Source: Gammaproteobacteria bacterium (lineage in GTDB: Bacteria; Pseudomonadota; Gammaproteobacteria; Pseudomonadales; Pseudohongiellaceae). Taken from it: 36,954 nt of DNA. The notes beneath the pieces are model-generated. The model was not told the DNA's origin. It worked only from the letters and a program-made list of their open reading frames with translations, and did not search any database. Numbering within the stretch: position 1 is the first letter of the stretch; every line of letters begins with the position of its first letter. Below, piece by piece: positions 6,852 to 15,370 of this stretch. Position numbers and translations under genes: made by a program. The DNA is taken from assembly GCA_002684935.1 (NCBI GenBank), contig NYWC01000113.1:1-36954 (forward strand). Reading direction: 5' to 3'.

Positions 6852-8382
6852 GCTAAGGCCACACCAGAAGACCGCAGTTGACGCACTCCGCGCCAGCTTG
6901 CGGTCAGGCCATAAGAGGCCAGTGCTAGCAGCGCCGTGCAGCATGGGCAAGACGCACATTGCGGCCTATATCTTGATGAACGCTGTGGAGAAGAACAAGC
7001 ACAACCCAGATTATCGGGCTGTGTTCTTTGTGGACAGGTTGAAGCTGTTGAGTCAAACCACAGATGTGTTCGACAGTCTGGGAGCCAGCTATAGCGTGAT
7101 GCAAGGTGATGATCCGCGCTATGATCCAAGTAAGCCTATTCAAATTGTCAGCATCCAGACGGCTCTGCGGCGTAAGAGTTTTGGTTTTGACATTGCGGTA
7201 GTAGACGAGTGCCATACGCTGTACAAAGGCGTGACAGAGCTTATGAGGCGCTTGAACGGCATACCGTGGATTGGCCTGTCCGCCACGCCGTATGCGAAAT
7301 CTATGTCTGCCGAAGGCTTGTACGATGACCTGATCGTCACTTGTACGCCGAGGGATTTAATAAGTGACGGATGGTTGACGAAAACAGAGTATTACGTCGG
7401 CAGGTCAGTTGACGCTTCTGGACTCAAGACAAAGGCGCTCAGCACTGGCGGCAGTGACTATGACCCGAAGGCTCTAGGCGAGAAGATGCTGGATGATGAC
7501 ACGCTGGCTGGCGATATCGTGCAGAATTACGTCAAGCACAGCAACGGCCTTACCAGACGCGCTTTGTGCTTTGCTCCGTCCATAGCCTACAGTAAGAGCC
7601 TAGTTGAGCGTTTCAACTCTGAGATCGGCTCTGAGATCGCCGTACACGTTGATGGCTATATGGACAGGGAGTTACAGAACTACATCTTTGAGGACTTTAA
7701 GCGCGGAGATTACAAGATTCTGGTCAATAGCAAGCTGACCAACACAGGCTTTGATGATACGGGCATTGAGATCATCATTGACGCCTACAAGACCAAGAGC
7801 CGCATTGCGTGGATTCAAAGAATCGGAAGGTGCTGGCGGATACATCCCGGCAAGGAGAAGGCTACGGTGCTTGATCACGCTGGCAATCTTCAGCATTTTA
7901 ACTCCTTCCCGGAGGACATCATCCCGCATGAGTTGGATTCAGGTGATCGCAGATTTGATGAGAAGAAGCAGACCAAGCAGGAGGAGCGAGAGCCAATAGT
8001 CCGACCTTGCCCAGTATGCCGTAGTGCGATGACAGGCAGGCGCTGCAAGGCTTGTGGACACGTTTTGCCTAGCGATGTGCCTGTGCTGAAGGACAATGGC
8101 GAGATGCTTGTGAAGGCTGAGAAAGCAGCTTCAAAACTGACCTCAGCAGCAGTCAGAAGAGAAAAGATGAGCAAAACGGGCAAGCAAGCGTGGTACAGCA
8201 CACTGCTCTTATATGCTAAGCAGAAAAATTATAAACACGGTTGGGCATATTGGAAATACAAAGAGTCTATGGACTGTTCTCCTTCTGGTTTGCGGCAGGT
8301 TGTTGCGAAGGAACCGCTGAAAGAGGCGCTAAAATGGATTCAGTCTGAGAACATCCGGTACTCTCATAGGCGTGACAAGTAG
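6727..8382 (+). CDS. SF2 DExH-box helicase with a C-terminal CxxC...CxxC zinc ribbon
   Basis: Motifs PCSMGKT (I), VVDECH (II), SATP (III), QRIGRCWR (VI) and CPVCRSAMTGRRCKAC. The start is ambiguous: ATG at 6727, 6766 or 6772, or GTG at 6841. Confidence 0.85.
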   Translation: MLVKDAKRGKRQGMTMWAFRQDLSIASRGSQLIDAVAPVSIELRPHQKTAVDALRASLRSGHKRPVLAAPCSMGKTHIAAYILMNAVEKNKHNPDYRAVFFVDRLKLLSQTTDVFDSLGASYSVMQGDDPRYDPSKPIQIVSIQTALRRKSFGFDIAVVDECHTLYKGVTELMRRLNGIPWIGLSATPYAKSMSAEGLYDDLIVTCTPRDLISDGWLTKTEYYVGRSVDASGLKTKALSTGGSDYDPKALGEKMLDDDTLAGDIVQNYVKHSNGLTRRALCFAPSIAYSKSLVERFNSEIGSEIAVHVDGYMDRELQNYIFEDFKRGDYKILVNSKLTNTGFDDTGIEIIIDAYKTKSRIAWIQRIGRCWRIHPGKEKATVLDHAGNLQHFNSFPEDIIPHELDSGDRRFDEKKQTKQEEREPIVRPCPVCRSAMTGRRCKACGHVLPSDVPVLKDNGEMLVKAEKAASKLTSAAVRREKMSKTGKQAWYSTLLLYAKQKNYKHGWAYWKYKESMDCSPSGLRQVVAKEPLKEALKWIQSENIRYSHRRDK

Positions 8383-8533
8383 CGTCAGCAGGCGGTGCGT
8401 TGGATTCTTCCCAAAAAACACCTGCAGTCAGAGCAAGCCTAATCGCCAATTCGTGGCAACTCCAGCTTGTGATCTGACCGACTGGCCCACGCTACGGGCT
8501 TTTCAATTATTTTGAAAAAAGTGTAGAAAAGTG

Positions 8534-8561
8534 TTGACTCTGTGTGAGATACCAGTAGAAT
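8534..8561 (+). promoter_or_regulatory. Second rightward promoter (TTGACT-N16-TAGAAT)
   Basis: -35 at 8534-8539 and -10 at 8556-8561. It has the same upstream AAAAGTGTA..GTG motif as the 5943 promoter. Confidence 0.65.
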
Positions 8562-8608
8562 GGGAACCATAGAGCGGCGCGGTGCTGCTCCTTTGAGGAG
8601 AAAAACGA

Positions 8609-8902
8609 ATGACTAATCCAGCAAACATCCAAACGGTACAGGCTAAACAACTTAAGAATGGCAAGTATGAATTCACTGCAATCCTCGAAGATGGCTCGCA
8701 GGAGATCATTAAAAAGGCTGGAGCTTTCAAGCCTGTCGTAAATGTCTACTCCGTGATAGTAAACGGAAATTCTTACAGAAATGTTGGTAAACACTGCACT
8801 TACAACAATAAAGCAGGTGGAAGACAACTTAAATACTGCGAAACCGCAGGTTATAGAATCTGTCACTCGCCCATCAAATCAATGGAAGTCGAGCTGATCT
8901 AA
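8609..8902 (+). CDS. Hypothetical protein (97 aa)
   Basis: Starts with the GGAGAAAAACGAATG cassette. Confidence 0.65.
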   Translation: MTNPANIQTVQAKQLKNGKYEFTAILEDGSQEIIKKAGAFKPVVNVYSVIVNGNSYRNVGKHCTYNNKAGGRQLKYCETAGYRICHSPIKSMEVELI

Positions 8903-8926
8903 TCAAAAACTCACAATTAAACCCAG

Positions 8927-8948
8927 ACCCGCTTAACTGCGGGTTTTG
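8927..8948 (+). terminator. Weak rho-independent terminator/attenuator
   Basis: ACCCGC-TTAACT-GCGGGT stem-loop followed by TTTTG. Confidence 0.5.
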
Positions 8949-8971
8949 TGCGTTATGAGAAGGAGAAACGA

Positions 8972-9406
8972 ATGTGGTATGACCAAGTATTAGACCGTCT
9001 GGACAAGGTAAGGCGGCGCGGAGAAGAGAGCTGGATAGCCTGTTGCCCGGTTCACGATGACAAGAATCCCAGCATGACCGTCAGCGTGAAGGACAGAAAG
9101 CTGCTGATGTATTGCTTTGCCTGCGGCGCTAAAGGTGATAGTGTGGTAGAATCCATAGGTCTAAATGCAAGTGCGCTGTTTGAAGACAGTAAAGAATTTG
9201 ACGCTGATCCGCATTATCTTCTGAAGAAAACACAGGAAGATGATGATTTTCTCATTGCGATATACCAAAGCGCAAAGAGATCAGGAGAGCGAATAAAATA
9301 CAAAGATCACAAAGCCTACATGGAGGCTATGGCCCGTAGGCATAATCGAACTGAGGCTGGCATAGCTCAGACAATTATCCCAGAGACACAACAAGAGTTT
9401 CTGTAA
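8972..9406 (+). CDS. Stand-alone DnaG-type CHC2 zinc-finger protein (primase zinc-binding domain only)
   Basis: CCPVHDDKNPSMTV...YCFACGAKGD matches CPFHxEKTPSFxV...CFGCGxxGD. No TOPRIM or RNA-polymerase domain follows. The start was chosen at the GGAGAAACGAATG cassette. Confidence 0.7.
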   Translation: MWYDQVLDRLDKVRRRGEESWIACCPVHDDKNPSMTVSVKDRKLLMYCFACGAKGDSVVESIGLNASALFEDSKEFDADPHYLLKKTQEDDDFLIAIYQSAKRSGERIKYKDHKAYMEAMARRHNRTEAGIAQTIIPETQQEFL

Positions 9407-9777
9407 TGGCCAGACCAGAGAAAGTATTTACCGATGATGAGGTAGCCGAGGTAGAAAGGCTTGCTCCATCATTAACCCAGCAGCAGCTCGCTGATTATTT
9501 CTGTATTAGCGTCAACACGTTAAAGGAAATCATGAAGCGGGATAGCAGAGTTTCTGATAGTTATAAGCGTGGCCTGACCAGAGCTGGCATCATTATGGTT
9601 GAGAAGCTCTATGACAAGGCTATGGAAGGTGATCATCCAAGCATGAAGCTCTGGCTGTCTCAAAGGATGGGATGGACCGAGAAGAGCCGTCAGGAGATAT
9701 CAGGCCCAGAGGGAAGGCCGATTGAGAAGGACTACCACGTTACCATTGAAGTGGTGAATCCGGGAGACCTAGACTGA
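9406..9777 (+). CDS. Terminase small subunit (HTH type)
   Basis: HTH-like LTQQQLADYFCISVNTLKEIM and KLWLSQRMGWTEK, immediately upstream of TerL. Confidence 0.6.
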   Translation: MARPEKVFTDDEVAEVERLAPSLTQQQLADYFCISVNTLKEIMKRDSRVSDSYKRGLTRAGIIMVEKLYDKAMEGDHPSMKLWLSQRMGWTEKSRQEISGPEGRPIEKDYHVTIEVVNPGDLD

Positions 9778-9806
9778 ATCTGCAGATCGCTCCAAAGCTG
9801 TTACCA

Positions 9807-11201
9807 GTGCTTGAGGCTAAACAACGCTTCATTGTGGTCTACGGCGGTAGAGGCAGCGGCAAAAGCTATGGCCTAGCATCCCTGTGTCTCCTAAAGGCAC
9901 TGCGCGGCCAGAAGATCGGAGCCTTCCGAGAGTTTCAGAACTCTATTGATGACTCGGTACACAGCCTGCTGGCCTCGCAGATAGAGAGCTACGGGCTTGA
10001 GGACTTTGAGGTCCAGAACAATCAAATACTCTTCAACGGTGAACCTAGCTTTAAATTCAGAGGCTTGGCCCGCAACGTCGAGGCCGTTAAGTCGATGTTC
10101 GGCTTCAACCTTTTCTGGGTAGAGGAGGCTCAGACAATATCATTCGATAGCCTCAAGGCTCTCACTCCCACTCTCCGAGAGCAGGGCAGTCAGATATGGC
10201 TGTCGGGTAATCCACGGTCAAGCACTGATGCTTTCTCTGAGCGCTTTATCAAGCCATTCGAGAAGCAGCTTAACCGTGATGGCATATACGAAGACGATAT
10301 GCACCTAGTGATCCGAATGAACTACGAAGATAACCCGTGGTTTGTGAAGACTCCGCTAGAACAGGAGCGGATACATGATCGGCAGAATTTGCCCAGAGCT
10401 ATGTACGAGCACATCTGGGAGGGTAAGCACTTAGATACGGTGCAGGACAGTATCATAGAGCCCGATTGGTTTGATGCCGCGATAGACGCTCATAAGAAGC
10501 TTGGATGGAAGCCAGAGGGTGCTTTGCTTGCTTCGCATGACCCGTCGGATGAGGGCGGTGACAGCAAGGGTTACGCACTGCGCCACGGCAACGTCATTCT
10601 GGATGTGTGTGAAAACTTAACAGGTGATGCCAATGAGGGTATGGACTGGGCCTTGGACAAGGCAGTAGCAGCTCAGGCAGACCACTTCATCTGGGACTGT
10701 GACGGTCTTGGGATAAGCCTCAAGCGACAAGTAGATCAGGCGCTTGAAGGCAAGAAGATGGAGTATCACATGTTCAAGGGTTCCGAGTCGCCTTATGACC
10801 CAGAGATGCCATACACGTTAGGCGGAAGCCAGAGAGCAAAGACTAATAAAGAAACCTTCTTTAACAAACGTGCCCAAATGTGGTGGACTTTACGGGATAG
10901 GTTTGAGGCAACGTATCGGGCTGTGGTGAAGGGCCAGTACATCAATCCAGAAGAGCTGATTAGCCTGTCATCAGACATTGATAGCATTGAGCAGTTGCGC
11001 TCTGAGGTTTGCAGAATTCCGTTGAAGCGCTCAAACTCTGGTAAAATCCAGATACTGAGCAAGATAGAAATGGCGAAGAAGCCGTATTCAATACCTTCTC
11101 CGAATATGGGCGATGCTTTAATGATGTCGATGCACTCGCCAAAACTTAAAAATGTGAAACCTGTAGAGATAAATTTCTCAGGATGGAAGAATTATGGCTA
11201 G
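9807..11201 (+). CDS. Terminase large subunit (PBSX/Terminase_3-like)
   Basis: Walker A YGGRGSGKS and Walker B LFWVEEAQ, with a nuclease half downstream. The true start may lie upstream of the GTG at 9807 (see findings). Confidence 0.9.
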   Translation: MLEAKQRFIVVYGGRGSGKSYGLASLCLLKALRGQKIGAFREFQNSIDDSVHSLLASQIESYGLEDFEVQNNQILFNGEPSFKFRGLARNVEAVKSMFGFNLFWVEEAQTISFDSLKALTPTLREQGSQIWLSGNPRSSTDAFSERFIKPFEKQLNRDGIYEDDMHLVIRMNYEDNPWFVKTPLEQERIHDRQNLPRAMYEHIWEGKHLDTVQDSIIEPDWFDAAIDAHKKLGWKPEGALLASHDPSDEGGDSKGYALRHGNVILDVCENLTGDANEGMDWALDKAVAAQADHFIWDCDGLGISLKRQVDQALEGKKMEYHMFKGSESPYDPEMPYTLGGSQRAKTNKETFFNKRAQMWWTLRDRFEATYRAVVKGQYINPEELISLSSDIDSIEQLRSEVCRIPLKRSNSGKIQILSKIEMAKKPYSIPSPNMGDALMMSMHSPKLKNVKPVEINFSGWKNYG

Positions 11202-13416
11202 TTATGATGATGGCAAAGAGCTAGAGGATCGCGGTGCGACTGAGGACGATCTTGCCTACAAAGCAGATTACGAGGAGCATCAGGACGTTATCGAGCTGCT
11301 TGATAAGTGCCAGCAAGCAGACAAGGACAACCGTGAGCGCGTCAGAGAAGCTCATTTGTTCTTGGACAAGCGCGATGGTCAGTGGGAACCCTACTGGTGG
11401 AACTCTAACGAAGCCAAGCCGCGCTATACGTTCGATATGGTGAATCCCATAGTGGATCAGGTTGCCTCTGAGATAGAGCAATCCGACTACGACATCCGAG
11501 TATCTCCAGCTGGAGGTGATGCAACTAAAGACCTTGCCATTGCCTATGACGGCATCATCCGCAACATTGAGCAGATGTCTAACGCTAAGACGACCTACGC
11601 CCAGTGCGCTCGCAATATGGTGATCGGCGGGATGGATGGCTGGCGCGTGGTCCAGAAGTACGTTGATGATAATAGCTTCGACCAAGACCTAGCCATTGAG
11701 CATGTCGGTAACTTCGTGGACCGGGTGTGGTTCGATCCCGCAGCTGAGAATCAAGATAAGTCTGACAGTCGGTATGCGTTTGTGCTTCACGCAATGGCGA
11801 AGGATGAATACGAGGCCAGATTCCCTGAAGGCTCTGGTGAAAGCGTAGATGATGACCGAGAGGGCGAAGCATACTACGACAAGGCTGAGTGCATTGTGGT
11901 TGGTGAGTTTCTGTATCTTGAGTCAGAAGACCGCGAGCTGGTCATGATGTCCAACGGTCAGGTGCACGAGGTTAATGAGGACTTTGACAAGGTTGTAGAT
12001 GATCTAGCAGCCATTGGTGTGACAGAGGCAAAGCGCCGGACCCGCAAGAAGCACTATGTTTGTTCGAGGTTCTTTGATGCGAAGGACTTCCTTGAGGACA
12101 AGAAAGAGACCGTATTTTGCCGAATCCCAGTGGTCCCTGCTTACGCCAACTTCAAGATATTCGAGAATAAGACAATCTACTGGGGAGTAGTTGAGAAGCT
12201 GCTTGATCCGCAGCGGGTGATGAACTACAGCGTATCCCGTGAGATTGAGGAAGGTGCGCTTGCTCCGAGGGCCAAGTATTGGATGACAATGGCTCAGGCT
12301 TCAGGGCATGAGAAGCAGCTCCAAACTTTAAATACCAACGCTGATCCGGTTCAATTCTACAACGTAGACCCAGAGTCACCTGCCGTGCCACAGCAGCAGG
12401 GAGGAAGTCAGGTCAATCCCGGACTGGCGCGGATATCTGAGTCTATGCGAGCAATCATAGGTCAGACGGCTGGTATGTTCGCTGCGAATATGGGAGACAA
12501 TCCCGGTCTACAGTCTGGCGTTGCTATCAAGCAGTTGCAGGACCGTGGGACCAATAGCACGATGAAGTACAGTCGCGGCCTAGAGATTGCGGTAGCGGCT
12601 ACAGGAAGGCTCCTAAAGGATGCTATACCGATGGTCTACGACACAGAGCGTCAGGTCAGGATACTCCGAGAGGATGAGTCCTACGATATGGTGCCAATCA
12701 ATCAGAAGGTGATCGACAACGCCACAGGCGAGATTGTCACCGTCAATGATCTGCAGGTTGGAACCTATGACGTTACCTGTCGGGCTGGCCCTAGCTTCCG
12801 CAACCGTCAGCAGGAGACCATCGAAGCAATCACGACACTGGCTCAGACTGATCCGAGCCTGATGCAGATCGCGGGTGACCTTTTGTTGCAGAACATCTCC
12901 ACTCCGGCGGCGTCACAAATCGCAGAGCGCAAGCGGATACAGATGATCGCGCAAGGTCTCATTCCTCAATCTCAGATGACCGAGGAAGAGCTGCAAGAGA
13001 TGGCCGCTAAGATGCAGGCGCAAGGACAGCAGCAGGCTCCTGATCCGGCTATGGTGCTCGCACAGGCAGAGCAGATGAAGGCTCAGGCTGACATGATGAA
13101 GGCGCAGATAGATGCCCAGAAGGTGCAGAACGACACCTTGAGGATACAGCTGCAAGCCCAGAACGATCAAAACGAGCTGGTAGCCGAGCAAGCCAAGACG
13201 CAAGTTGATGTCTTCAACGCCCAAACCAATCGCATAAAGGCGCAGGTAGAGGCTGAGAAGGCTGGTGCTACGATAGACCACACCAACATAAAGGCGTTTG
13301 GTGACCAGCTAGACAACCAAGAGCAGATGACCGATATGATGGATGAGCAGGAGCGCAAGGCCCGGATGGCTATGATGTCCGACGTGGACCTAATGAGGAT
13401 TGCTAACAGTGGCTGA
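11194..13416 (+). CDS. Portal protein (P22-like, with a long C-terminal helical Q/A/K-rich barrel)
   Basis: 740 aa directly after TerL with an 8-nt overlap. The C-terminal ~140 aa are coiled-coil-like (QAEQMKAQADMMKAQIDAQKVQ...). Confidence 0.75.
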   Translation: MASYDDGKELEDRGATEDDLAYKADYEEHQDVIELLDKCQQADKDNRERVREAHLFLDKRDGQWEPYWWNSNEAKPRYTFDMVNPIVDQVASEIEQSDYDIRVSPAGGDATKDLAIAYDGIIRNIEQMSNAKTTYAQCARNMVIGGMDGWRVVQKYVDDNSFDQDLAIEHVGNFVDRVWFDPAAENQDKSDSRYAFVLHAMAKDEYEARFPEGSGESVDDDREGEAYYDKAECIVVGEFLYLESEDRELVMMSNGQVHEVNEDFDKVVDDLAAIGVTEAKRRTRKKHYVCSRFFDAKDFLEDKKETVFCRIPVVPAYANFKIFENKTIYWGVVEKLLDPQRVMNYSVSREIEEGALAPRAKYWMTMAQASGHEKQLQTLNTNADPVQFYNVDPESPAVPQQQGGSQVNPGLARISESMRAIIGQTAGMFAANMGDNPGLQSGVAIKQLQDRGTNSTMKYSRGLEIAVAATGRLLKDAIPMVYDTERQVRILREDESYDMVPINQKVIDNATGEIVTVNDLQVGTYDVTCRAGPSFRNRQQETIEAITTLAQTDPSLMQIAGDLLLQNISTPAASQIAERKRIQMIAQGLIPQSQMTEEELQEMAAKMQAQGQQQAPDPAMVLAQAEQMKAQADMMKAQIDAQKVQNDTLRIQLQAQNDQNELVAEQAKTQVDVFNAQTNRIKAQVEAEKAGATIDHTNIKAFGDQLDNQEQMTDMMDEQERKARMAMMSDVDLMRIANSG

Positions 13417-15112
13417 GCAAACATCTCTGCGCCAGTTTATTCCTGAGCCTACTACGTCATTGATGAGCGTAGAGGGCTTGTCTGGCTACACACAGCAGAA
13501 TCCTTTACCAGTTGATGAGAGGGACAGACAGGAAGCCGCAAGGGAGCTGAGCCGCAGAGGCATAACAGCGCAGGCTCCTGTGCCGTCCAATCAGAGCGTG
13601 ATGGCTGCGCCTACGTCATACAATCCGTTTAATCCTGCGTTTAGAGAGACCGCAAGATCAGCTCTAAATGACTTCTTTGGCGGTAGCAATATTGCAGGCA
13701 GAGAAGGTTATCGCACAGGCCAGCTAGTAGATACTGCGGTAGGAGCGATGGACTTTGCGCCTGCTCTTGGCGATGCAATGGGTGCAGGTGATCTGAGGCA
13801 GTCTATTGGCTCTGGTGATCTGATAGGTGCTGCTGTAGACACCACGGCTTTGGCTGCTGGAATGTTGCCAATTTTAGGAGACGCTGCTGCAAAAGGTATA
13901 AAGGCAAGTGAAACCAGCCTAAGAAGTTACATCGATGTCCCGACAAGAAGCGATTACGGGCCGGTAGTACAGACCGCTGAGGCTGGCAGGATTGTTGAAA
14001 CACCGCCCAGAGATTTTAGGAACGAAAAAGGTTACAGCACTAACCCGCTAATGGCTGCGACTGACTTACAGTCAAGACCAGAAAATATTGCAAAAGGATC
14101 GTATCGCGGTCTAGTAAACAGATACGAAACTGATCCAGACTTTGCAATGCGGGAACAGGCTCGACTGCTGGGCGGTAGATATACTCAGCCTGACAATTTG
14201 TTTATGCAATCTGCGACTTACGAAGACTTGCTAGGAAAGCCTCTGGTGATTTTGCCTGCTGACAAAACAATTTACGGAGAAGTTGATAGAATAGCTGGAA
14301 TCGACATTGATCCAGTGCTGGTAGAAGGAGGCCCGCAGCATTTAGACAGATATGGTAACTGGATGAGCATGGGCGGCGCTGCTAGAAGCAAGCAAGCTCA
14401 CGTTAATCGTGTGCGAGAAGAGACGCAGCAAGACCCAGTATTGATGTACACAGCAATGGCAAATCCCGGCTCTAATTTTTCTGTGCCGCCGTCTCAAATT
14501 GCTGTCAACATGATAAAGCAACAAGGTGATTTGACCAGAGATCAGGCTGTTATGCTGGACTCGGCTATTGCCAACTTAAATCCAAATAACAAAGACCTGA
14601 AAGGAATACCAGAAAGTTGGCCCGGTTATGAATCACCGGAGCAGCTATTGGAATGGCTGACAACAGATTCTCCTACTGCTTCAGCAGGAAACAAGCGTAA
14701 AGCCTTTATGGGAGATGCAATATTAAACAAACCAGCTTTTCAAAAATCAGGGTTCCCAATACCAAATGACATTTACTCTGTTGTCAATGAGCAAGAAATG
14801 ATGAATATGCCCAAAGGCATGAGCGGTGCTAGGGCTATGGTATCAACGGATATAAATCCATCTGACATGGTTGTTGATCCAACTCTGAATAGGTCTTACA
14901 ACACGATTATTCCGAGTCAAGGCGGAATTGCAATAACGGAACCAATGGTTCCTTATGATGTTATGTATCCTGATCCAATAGCGGCAAGAGCTGGCAGGCA
15001 TGACCCGTACAGGTCTTTTCAGACATCAGGATCGGCTCAAGATTATCAAATGGCTAATGAACAATGGCTGGAAGGTGTATATCGGAACTTAGAATCTCGT
15101 GGATTAAAATAG
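13400..15112 (+). CDS. Hypothetical 570-aa protein between portal and scaffold (possible minor head or internal protein)
   Basis: Long ORF starting at TTG 13400 or GTG 13409 and overlapping the portal stop. Gly/Ala-rich N-terminal third. No motif recognised. Confidence 0.6.
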   Translation: MLTVAEQTSLRQFIPEPTTSLMSVEGLSGYTQQNPLPVDERDRQEAARELSRRGITAQAPVPSNQSVMAAPTSYNPFNPAFRETARSALNDFFGGSNIAGREGYRTGQLVDTAVGAMDFAPALGDAMGAGDLRQSIGSGDLIGAAVDTTALAAGMLPILGDAAAKGIKASETSLRSYIDVPTRSDYGPVVQTAEAGRIVETPPRDFRNEKGYSTNPLMAATDLQSRPENIAKGSYRGLVNRYETDPDFAMREQARLLGGRYTQPDNLFMQSATYEDLLGKPLVILPADKTIYGEVDRIAGIDIDPVLVEGGPQHLDRYGNWMSMGGAARSKQAHVNRVREETQQDPVLMYTAMANPGSNFSVPPSQIAVNMIKQQGDLTRDQAVMLDSAIANLNPNNKDLKGIPESWPGYESPEQLLEWLTTDSPTASAGNKRKAFMGDAILNKPAFQKSGFPIPNDIYSVVNEQEMMNMPKGMSGARAMVSTDINPSDMVVDPTLNRSYNTIIPSQGGIAITEPMVPYDVMYPDPIAARAGRHDPYRSFQTSGSAQDYQMANEQWLEGVYRNLESRGLK

Positions 15113-15278
15113 ATTCGTGTTCAGTAAAGCTGCCAGATTCGAATATCTCTTCTGCGGTTAAAATACCTTCAAAATCAAGGTGTCCAAAGCAGTCAAAATA
15201 CTTTTTAATTAAGTCATCCATTGAGTGAGTATAACAAAGTATACGAAAGTGTTAAACAAGTGCATTTGCAATAATTGC

Positions 15279-15305
15279 TTGCAAAAGCACAATATGTGGT
15301 ATAGT
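15279..15305 (+). promoter_or_regulatory. Promoter upstream of scaffold/coat (TTGCAA-N15-TGgTATAGT, extended -10)
   Basis: -35 at 15279-15284, TG at 15297-15298 and -10 at 15300-15305. It lies in the only sizeable gap of the structural block. Confidence 0.5.
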
Positions 15306-15370
15306 TGGGATACAGCGAACTCCACGCTTACTTGGAGGCACGGAACGTCACCGTTTATTTGACGGCATTT

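Noticed and set aside
8485-8503. Possible terminator GCCC-N7-GGGC-TTTT after the helicase gene
   Set aside because: It has only a 4-bp stem, too weak to call.
15054-15221. 55-aa minus-strand ORF (MDDLIKKYFDCFGHLDFEG...) in the gap after the 570-aa gene
   Set aside because: The translation looks plausible. However, there is no SD upstream of its ATG, it is antisense within a long plus-strand block, and it overlaps the end of the 570-aa gene by about 59 nt. Kept as unsupported; ribosome profiling could revive it.
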